DNA of 64,000 bases from Macrostomum lignano (Eukaryota). Both the position numbers and the translations under genes were made by a program. Each line of letters begins with the position of its first letter. Positions within the stretch are counted from its first letter, which is position 1. The notes beneath the pieces were generated by a model that was given only the letters and a program-made list of their open reading frames with translations, did no database searches and was not told the origin of the DNA. The stretch is taken from NCBI GenBank assembly GCA_002269645.1, contig NIVC01000475.1, positions 1 through 64,000 of the forward strand, given 5' to 3'. Below are positions 55,233 to 64,000 of the stretch, piece after piece.

Positions 55233-57750
55233 TTATCGTCGCAGGCTCTTCAGAGAAGTTCGGGATTCTGGCAGAAACACAATACAGAGGCTCTCGCTTT
55301 TGAATCCGTCGCTTTGGACAGTGACCTCGCATTTCATCCGGTCCTTGAAACCTGAACTCCTCACATCGGGCGTCCTCACTAGCAAGAGGTGCTGGAAGCA
55401 AATTAATTTTACTATTAAAAGTGCTCCTGTAATGCAGAACATATAAAAGGGTTTGCGTTTACCTTCTTAACTACCTCGACGTCCGCCACGAACTCAGTTT
55501 GGCTTCCAGTGGCTCTATTGGTAACTGCAAAATGCACCTTTATGTTACTCCTACAAATGCCTGCAAAAGAAGCATTTTAGTTTGAAGGATCAACATTAAA
55601 TCCAATGTAAAAGTAGCTGAAATATCTTGGATAGCTTCGAAACAAGGCGCACCTGTTGTAGGGGTGGCGGTGTGGATCGCCAGCATGCTGCCATCCCCCA
55701 TTAGTACTTCCGCTGGATTCAGACAATCGATCTCAATTCTCTTTTTTAGATCTGAAATTATTTCGAGATATTGATAAAAAATCATCAACTGAGAGTTGAA
55801 GACAGAATCGAGAAACTCACTTTCACCGACGATCTCGTCGCTAAACACCGTACTCAGATGCCATTCTCTACCGAAGACATCGCTGAATGAGAGCGAGAAC
55901 GCCAGACTAATGCGATCCAAGCTTTTGCTTGTGTATTGAGTTGATGTAGCTGTGGGATCTGAAACAGCACAAAGTTGCCAAAGTTGCAAGCAAAAATTTC
56001 TTTTTGATCAAAAACTCTATGAACATCCTTATGTGACGTGGCACACAAAAGTGGAGGGTCGAACCTCGCGCAGGCACACCGAGACCGAAGGCTTGTTTGC
56101 CTTCGTCAGTCAGCAATAGCCACACCCCGTCATCTCCCACCACTCTTAGAGCGCACAGACGTTTCTTTAATGCTGCCATTTCTTTTATGGCGACCAAAGA
56201 CCATGTATACACAAGATGGGCCACAAGGGAATTTAAGATCTATGATGGCGAAATTTTTCACACTATGTTAGAGATTTTACGATTCAAATCTTTATTCAGC
56301 TACTTTTCACAGTAATCTAAATTGAAATATTTAGTTGATAATTAGGAATGCCAAGAGCAGACCAAAAATCAGCCAAAAAGGACTTCAGATTTCTTAATTT
56401 ACACCCAGTCTTAACGAAAGGGAGGCCAACCGAGCAACACTGTCAAATTTTCAAAGTTTATAAATGGAATAAATGGTGTCACGACGCAACATTTGTTCAA
56501 AGGTTTTTAAGTTATAAGCGTACTCAATCTGCATCCGTACGTGAGATAGAAGCTTGCATGGCACTCATGATTCGCTCCGTTAATTAATCAATGCAAGTAG
56601 GTAAAAACGTCTCACAATCTCTGAGCTGTGGAAAGCTTCTACGTCTGTCTTCCAGGCTTTTCTCGATTTCCATTTTCCTTAACTTTGGCACGCAGATGAC
56701 GGCCAGTCTATCAAAGCTGGAAAATGAGAAATCGTTTTCGTCTTGTATTGTTTAAAATGAAACTACCGGAACTGCTAAAAGAAAAGTGAATATACAACTA
56801 TATTACGAAAACCATAATTAGAAGCTTGTTTTAGCTTAGTTTATTGACTCACGTGATCTCCCATTCACCACCAGAATCTCTCAATGCATCAACAGACTTC
56901 TTCAGCTGGAAATATCCGCTGCTGCAGTGGTCCCCGTGCAGGTAGTACGGATGAGGAGCCTTCTCCTCGGCGCTCACGGTGCACACAGTCAGCTGCAGCT
57001 GCGAGTGCACAGCTGGGTCGATGCCGCTGACGCGAACTCTCACGAAGCTCTTGTTGCCATCGGTGGAGCTCCTGCCGAGCAGCAGGCCGCCAACTCTGCC
57101 GCTGTCCATACGGATATCCGACTCGTAGCGATATCGGTAGAACCGAGCCGGCTGCTCCTCGATGGTCAGCGTCGGCGGCTGCAGCTCCTTCAGGCTGAGG
57201 ATCTGGGGCTCCTCTTGAAGCAGAAAGTCTCTGCCAATCACCTGGGTCGTCGTTGCCTTCAAAACGAGTAGAGGCTGGCTTGAACTTTCCATTTTTACAT
57301 CTCGAAACGTCAGCATTGATCGATGCGTTTCAGCGGCATTAAAAAGTAATCTTGCCTACTTGTTACTGACGATGATGCCGAAGGCATTGTACCAGGGTGC
57401 ACGCAACACTCCAGCAAATATTAATGACATTATCACTGGTAACTCTATCTAATCGTCCCTTCAAATATACATCACATGGTGGCACAGCTACATGTAAGCT
57501 ATAAACCCTGATAATTAAGTAGCTGAAGGCCTGTCATGAGTAAGAGTACATTTTTGAATTTTTGAATTTCATAAACCCTAGCCTAGAACAGTTATGCAAT
57601 ATCGAGTCGAAAAAGAGGTCTGGATAATGCATGACCTGTCTTAGATCACATCAAAACAATTAGCTAGCTCTTGGGCAGGTGGAGTATCAACCTGGAAATT
57701 GGTTGAAAACTATTATCCAGCTATTATATTGGCAGGAAGCAACTCACCAT
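55233..57750 (-). CDS. Rel-homology-domain (NF-kB-like) protein, copy B, ~333 aa
   Basis: Exons 57750-57748 (ATG only), 57256-56853, 56716-56616, 55958-55821, 55751-55653, 55560-55463 and 55391-55233 (1002 nt, phases consistent). EEQPARFYRYRYESD, PHPYYLHGDHCSSG, FDRLAVICVPK, NIKVHF and LLVRTPD. Confidence 0.88.
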
Positions 57751-58049
57751 CTTGTCTGTAAATTTCAATAAGAAACAAATTCAATAGATTTCAAGAGCAG
57801 TTGATCTTGATAGTCAGGATAAGGTACCAAAATGCATTTTATGCCCGCAGGGCGAAGTACCTTGTACGATTGTGCAGTGTAGTGGCCGTAGGAGCGCACC
57901 CCACTGCGAGCCTTTCACGAACGCTCGTAGCAAACATTGTCCCTTCTTTCAACTTCTATAAATAAATTTGACGTAAGAATTAAATTCTGGTGTGCACAAC
58001 AAGTGCCGAAGCAACGAACATAATCGCGGCGCAGACGGGCAGACGACCA

Positions 58050-58290
58050 CGTTCGCACGCTGCCAGCGGTTCACCTACCTCGGCGGTCTTGTGCCCCACG
58101 TGAAAGAGGACCTCCGACGGCGCAGAGGACTTGCCTGGGCGGCCTTCCGTTCGATTTGGGTCGTCCTCCAGTCCGAAGCGCTGCCCGACCGCCAGAGAGC
58201 TCGGCTGTGGCCTGGCGGTGGTCGAAACCGTCCTGCATACTAAGCCGAGACGTGGACGCTGACGGCTACGCTAATCACGGCTGCTACGCG
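58050..58290 (+). mobile_element. Degraded LINE (RTE-like) fragment from the region C-terminal to RT
   Basis: FTYLGGLV...DLRRRRGLAWAAF...R, then after a frameshift AVVETVL..AETWTLT. This matches the F.YLG...RI..A..AF...LLYG.ETW pattern of non-LTR ORF2. Confidence 0.7.
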
Positions 58291-58694
58291 CGGCCTTTCG
58301 AGCTGTCGAGAGCGTCGGGAAAGAGGCTCTGTACCTCTGTACAGCTTATAGAATTTCGAGTGCAATTTACAGGTGGATTCTGGGCAGCTGCAGCGCCCGT
58401 CCATCATCCATCATCCATCATCATCGGCAACTTCAACTTGCGGGCCACGTGATCCAGTCCGAGGGCTACTGCCCCCAACCTGTTCAGGACGCCTTGCTGC
58501 ACATCTTGCAGGGCCCGTTCAGGCAGGCTCAGGCCCAAACCCGCCGATACATGAACGTGGACTGCCTGCTGTGCGACGCAGGGGCACCCGACACTGCCAA
58601 CGGGGCGGACTTTCGAATTCCGCTCTCAAGCTCTGCGGCGCGCCATCTGACGCACCCTCACTGTGACCTTACATGCGGGGCCGCGAATTTACCC

Positions 58695-58852
58695 TGCATC
58701 ACCACAGGGATCTCCATCAGCATCACCATTGGAATTAACCCTGCATCACCACAGGGATCTCCATCAGCATCACCATTGGAATTAACCCTGCATCACCACA
58801 GGGATCTCCATCAGCATCACCATTGGAATTAACCCTGCATCACTATTGGGAT
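58695..58852. repeat. About three copies of a 47 bp unit CCCTGCATCACCACAGGGATCTCCATCAGCATCACCATTGGAATTAA
   Basis: Read directly. Confidence 0.93.
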
Positions 58853-59364
58853 CTCTTTTTTGCCGAAAAAGAAATTAAACCGAAATTCACTCGAACTTTA
58901 TTGAAGGATCGATTGATTGATTGATCGAACTTGATTGATTTACCACTACTTGATTGATTGAAGGATTGAAGGAAATCCTGGCTATAAGATTTGTGTTGGG
59001 TAGTGGTAAATAAGCCTGTCATAAAACAGAAGAAGGATTGATTTTTCGTGATAGTGCTTTCTTTAGAAAATCGGCACAATCGAACGCACGATGGTCAAAG
59101 TTACGATCAAATTAATACACGAGCCATTGATACATGAGTCATGCAGAAAATCTTTAGGCAGAAAGAACATCTCCGTGATTTCGAACCAGTGCAAAATAAT
59201 ATTATAATAAGAATATTCAAAACCTGTTTATTAACTATTAAAAAAAATTTAAGGCTAAAAGCCTACTGAGAAATAAAAAACTTTTTTCGCAGCTTATAGA
59301 ATTTCGAGTGCAATTTACAGGTGGATTCTGGGCAGTTGCACAAAGCTTCAGCTCATTAGCTGTG

Positions 59365-61554
59365 TCAAATTGGCCGCGCTCTCTTCACAGCAGTTCCCGA
59401 TTCTGCAACAATCCAAAAGTGTGTTGAAAAATAAATTTTAAAACTCGCAAAGGAAAAACTAAATGTTTGTAACTTTGAAACTTTCTTAAAAACATAACGT
59501 ACGTGGAGGTGTTCCGGTGTTCCACTTAAAGCTGTTGGGCAGATCTCTTAGAAACACAATGCTCCGCTCCTCACTCTTCCATTCATGGCTATGGACAACA
59601 ACCGAACATTTCTGCCGTTCACTTTCACTGACAGTTGCGTGCCTCAGATCGGGAACCCTCACAAGCAGTAGGTGCTGGAAGTTAAACATGTCAAAAGGCA
59701 TTAAAATTACACCACTTAAGGAACGAAAGAACACTACATCCTCATTAAATAGTGTCCTTTCTGTAATACCTAGATACGGTTAGAAGATAAGCATATCACC
59801 TTTTTAACAACGTCGACATCGACCACGTACTCAGTTCGGTCTTCCGTGGCTTTATTGGTGTCAATGAAATGTACCTTTATGTCACTCTTCTGAATGCCTG
59901 AAATTCGAACAGTAGGAATCACGGTATTTATTTTGTGTGAGAATTTCAGCAGAAAATTAGTTATTAAATACTCGTAGTGTTGAAACCGAGCGCACCTGTT
60001 GTAGGGGTGCTGGTGTGGATCGCCAGCATGCTGCAGCCCTCCATTGGCACTTCCACAGGGTTCAGAAAATCGACCTGAATAAGCTTTATTTCCTCTAAAA
60101 ATTGTGAAACGCATTAACTAATAACCAATATTGACTGAGAGTTCAGAACGAAAATGAGACACTCACTCTCACTGACGATCGGGTCGCTGAACACCGTGCT
60201 CAGCTGCCCTTTTCTACCAAAGAAATCGACGAATGAGAGCGAGAACGCCAGTCGAATGCGACCCAAGTTTTTGGTTGTGTATTGAGTTGATGGAGCTGTG
60301 GGACCTGAAACAGCGCCAAGTTTGTACGTAAGCTTCAATAAATTGGACTTCAACGGCGAAAACGAGACGATATGAAAAGATAAATGCTCACAATCTGGAA
60401 GCCGAGGAACATTTCTGCGTCTGGCTTCCATGTGGTCTTCGATGCGCTTCTTTGTGGTTTGAGAGACAGCCAGGCTCTCAAAGCTGAATAGTCAATCATG
60501 AATTTTCACTGCTTTAATTCGAGAATAAAAATCTCACTGTACCATCAAATCTGACAATTAATAAATTAAATATTGTCGCCAACAAATATTAAATTGACCT
60601 TTCATGTGTCAGCCATGAATTTTTACTCACGTGATCTCCCATTCACCACCAGAATCTCTCAATGAATCAACAGACTTATTCCGCTGAAAATATCCGTTGC
60701 TGCAGTGGTCCCCGCGCAGGTAGTACGGATGAGGAGCCTTCTCCTCGGCGCTCACGGTGCACACAGTCAGCTGCAGCTGCGAGTGCACAGCTGGGTCGAT
60801 GCCGCTGACGCAAACTCTCACGAAGCTCTTGTTGCCATCGGTGGAGCTCCTGCCGAGCAGCAGGCGGCCAAGGTGGTAGCTTGCTTGCTGAGACTCGTAG
60901 CGAAATCCGTAGAACCGAGTCGGCTGCTCCTCAATGGTCAGCGACGGCGGCTGCGGCTCTTTCAGGCTGAGGATCTGGGGCTCCGCTTCAAGCAGAATGT
61001 CTCTACCAATCAACGGGGTTGTCGTTGCCTTCAAAACGAGTAGAGGCTGGCTTGAACTTTTGATTTTTACATCTCAAAACGTCAGCATTAATCGATGCGT
61101 TTCAGTTACATTAAAAAGTGCTTAATCGTCACGGACGATGATGCGAAGGCATTTTGCAAGGGTACCCGGACCCTCCAGCCAGTATTTACTACCACTTAGT
61201 AATTCTAGCTAATCGTACTTTTATATGCTTACAAAGTACATTGCATGGTGGCACAGCTAAGCTATAAATCCTGAAAATTCAATAGCTGAAGGCCTGTTAT
61301 AAGTGTGCGAAGGAGGAACAGTGTACCCTTTGACAGTGTGAAGCTTCTGAATTCCAGTAACCCTAGAACATGTAAGCTTTTTCATGTAGCAAATGAGGTC
61401 TGGATAAGGCATGACCTTGTCTTAGGAAATCACGTGAAACAATTAGCTCGCTCTTGGGCAGGTGAAGTTTCAGCCTGGAAAAGTTTCTTTAAAACTGATT
61501 GAAAACTATGAGCTTATTATCTAGCTAGCATTTTGGCAGGAAGCAACTCACCAT
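59365..61554 (-). CDS. Rel-homology-domain (NF-kB-like) protein, copy C, ~345 aa
   Basis: Exons 61554-61552 (ATG only), 61028-60631, 60483-60392, 60304-60167, 60094-59996, 59897-59800, 59674-59503 and 59402-59365 (1038 nt, phases consistent). EEQPTRFYGFRYESQ, PHPYYLRGDHCSNG, IRLAFSL, IQKSDIKVHF and the tail VKRARPI*. Confidence 0.88.
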
Positions 61555-62205
61555 AAATTTTAATGCGAAACAAATTCAATAGAATGTTAGAAGCAGTTTG
61601 GCTTCAATAGTCACAATATACGATATATAAACGATATAAGGTACCAAAATGCATCTTTATGCCCTCAAGGCGAAGTAAGTACCTTGTACGATTGAATGTA
61701 CGAGTGCGAATGTGCAGTGTAGTGGCCAGAGCAGCGCGCCACTTCTATAAATAAACTTGACGTAAAAATTGAACTCTGATGTGCACAAGTGTCGTTTATA
61801 GGAAAGCTTTTGACAGAGAAACGAACATAACCAGTTCTTGCAATACTTCGTGTGTATTTCTTCTATACAACTCAACACAAAATCGATATTTTGTAGTACA
61901 GAATACGTATTATTGGTTCATAAAAGGTCAATTTTATCAGAAACTTAATACACGAACGACATTGTTACATACGTAGAAGATTTTAGGCAAACAAACGGCT
62001 CAATGATTTAAGCAACAATAGGTACGAATCTAATCGAACCAGTTCGAAAAAATTATAGTGAGAGCATTATTAGCCATCTCATTCATTATTTAAAAAAATT
62101 TAAGTCAGTACAGCAATTTTTTACGGCTATTCAAATTTCGGAAACGAGTGCAATTAACAGGTGAATTCTGGGCAGTTGCACGAAGCCTTCAGCACATCAG
62201 CAGTG

Positions 62206-63038
62206 TCAACTTGGCGGCGCTCTCTTTTGAGCAGTTCCGGATTCTGCAACAATGCAAAAGTGTCAAAAGTGTATTTGAAAATTTATTTGAAAAGTCGCGA
62301 AGGACAAAACTAAAGTTTGCTAACTTTGAAACTTTCTTAAAAACATGAGAACGTACTTGGCGGTGTTCTGTGGTTCCACGTAGAGCTGTTGAACAGATCT
62401 CTTTCCAACACAATGCTGAGCTCCTCACTCTTCCCTCCGTGGCTGTGAACAACAACCGAATATTTCCGCCGCTCACTGACATTTGCAGATCTCCAATCGG
62501 GAGTCTTCACCTGAAGTAGGTGCTGGAAGTCAAACGTGTCAAGAGAATTCCAAAATTTAGCTATTTCTTGGTCTAAACACAAAAGCGCCAGACAGTAACA
62601 GCATTAGCTGGTAAATTAAAATGCACAAGAGAGAATTTAATATTACATTCCTTAAGGATGGTACAAACGCTACATCCCCATATACGAGCGTAATAGTCAG
62701 GCAAAATTTTCCTTTCTGTACTATTTAGATACGAGCGTAGAAGCTAAGCATATTACCTTTTTAACTTCTTTGACGTCGGCAACGAACTCTGTTCGGTTTC
62801 CCGTGGTTTCATTGGTTAATGTGAAATGTACCTTTATGTCTTTCTTCTGAATGCCTGAAATTCAAACAGTGTGCCTCACAACTTTTGCATATATTTAGGG
62901 CGATCAATTCTGCCGAAATAACCTTGAAACCGAGCGCACCTGTTGTAGGGGTGGTGGTGTGGATCGCCAGCATGCTTCCGCCTTCCTTTGGCACTTCCGC
63001 TGGGTTCAGACAGTCGACCCGAATAGTCTTATTTTCTT
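62206..63038 (-). CDS. RHD copy D, IPT (dimerisation) exons and tail only; DNA-binding exons not found in the window
   Basis: Exons 63038-62940, 62854-62757, 62522-62357 and 62243-62206, with sizes 99/98/166/38 matching the paralogues. IQKKDIKVHF, LLQVKTPD and the tail QKRAPPS*. Intron similarity to copy C stops at ~63068. Confidence 0.8.
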
Positions 63039-64000
63039 CTGAAAAACGATGAAATGCATTGACTAATGGTAGATTATATATATGGCTTCATTACTTGAGT
63101 AATGATCACAGTCACGAGTGGCGAAGCTTAATAAGCTCACTTAATAGCATAGTTTAATAGCGTTGTTAATGCTCAAACGGAAACGATAGTCTAAAGGATC
63201 AGACCCTTGTACGAGTATATATGGGTTCATAATTCAATAATGATCAGCAGCCACGCTATTAAGTAACGCCAGCGGATTGGTTGATTTAGGAAAAACATTG
63301 GATTACGGGACGTTTAGTTATACCATAGGCTAACGAATAGTGATCAGTGAATAGTGATGGTAGAAAATCAGTCACAAAGTCGAAGAGAGGAATTAGAACT
63401 AGAAAAGTGAAGCAAGAGAAAAACGAAAAGCAAAACTCCTTCAATGAATAGGAAGAATCTGCCAGTGGACAGCCTAAATGGAGTCTCGTCAGCAGAGTTG
63501 GATTTTGTAAGTGAACTGAGTGCCGTGAACCGCGGCTCGGATAGAAATCTTGAAGCTGGATTTTATTGTTTCTGACAAGAAAAGCGTAATTGATTTCCAT
63601 ATTTCAGATTTCAGAGACTGCTGATGAGGCTGCTGCTTGAACTGCGAATTATCGAACTGCATATGCATTAACGTTTAGAAAACTTGTGAACTGTCGAATC
63701 CACCCAGTTGCGACCGCCGTTAGCAACAATTACGATTAGGCTACAACAACAACGGAGCAAATTAAAGAAATCGACACCATAAGTGCGACTGTAATGCATC
63801 AAGCTCAAGTGGATATTATCATATTTTTATATATTATTCATAATATATAATATGCCCTACGTTCATATTATGTTATACGTTCACGTCCATATTACTCGTA
63901 TATGGAAATCAAGGTGGCTTGAAAACTTCATTATGAAGTGCCTTAAAAAGATGTTGTCTATATGACAAGGACCGTTATTGACTGACAGTTCAGAACGAAA

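Noticed and set aside
57257-57316. MLTFRDVKMESS... as the N-terminus of RHD copy B
   Set aside because: The homologous segment in copy C has a stop and lacks the second ATG, and a conserved acceptor plus an upstream ATG exon explain both copies.
57956-61752. TATAAATA motifs at ~57956 and ~61746 as promoters of plus-strand genes
   Set aside because: They lie in the duplicated upstream blocks of the minus-strand copies B and C, and no credible plus-strand gene follows; orientation and function are unresolved.
49846-62000. Assignment of the RHD genes to NFAT
   Set aside because: FDRL.VICVPK and PHPYYL.GDHC match the Rel/NF-kB pattern (FxNLGIxCVxK; PHPHxLVGKxC) rather than the NFAT pattern (IDCAGILK; PHAFYQVH), and there is no N-terminal NFAT regulatory region.

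Overview
Eukaryotic, intron-rich animal DNA in which many introns are filled with minisatellites. The style resembles the free-living flatworm Macrostomum, but that is an inference and not a database result. Reading splice sites by hand gives the following. (1) The 3' part of an epsin gene (<1-5721, +), carrying several small indels that look like long-read errors. (2) A single-exon poly-Q orphan ORF (11275-11940, -). (3) A 23-exon, ~1871-aa secreted protein (15150-35083, +): signal peptide, EGF, cadherin-like domain, furin site, about seven ~170-aa repeated modules, F5/8C (discoidin) domain and Asp-box. Its intron 15 holds a 3'-truncated Ty3/Gypsy element embedded in an (AACT)n microsatellite. 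(4) A metabotropic glutamate receptor gene (35932-46914, +, ~1033 aa). (5) The most striking feature: a tandem array on the minus strand of at least four short Rel-homology-domain (NF-kB-like) genes (48846-63038). The three complete copies encode ~333-345-aa proteins made of DNA-binding domain, IPT domain and a short basic tail, with no ankyrin repeats or activation domain. The copies differ in the DNA-recognition loop, in intron content and in C-terminus, and kB-like sites flank the first coding exon of copy A. Helitron-, SINE- and LINE-like fragments and a ~660-bp fold-back are also present. Most long ORFs in the supplied track are artefacts of tandem repeats.
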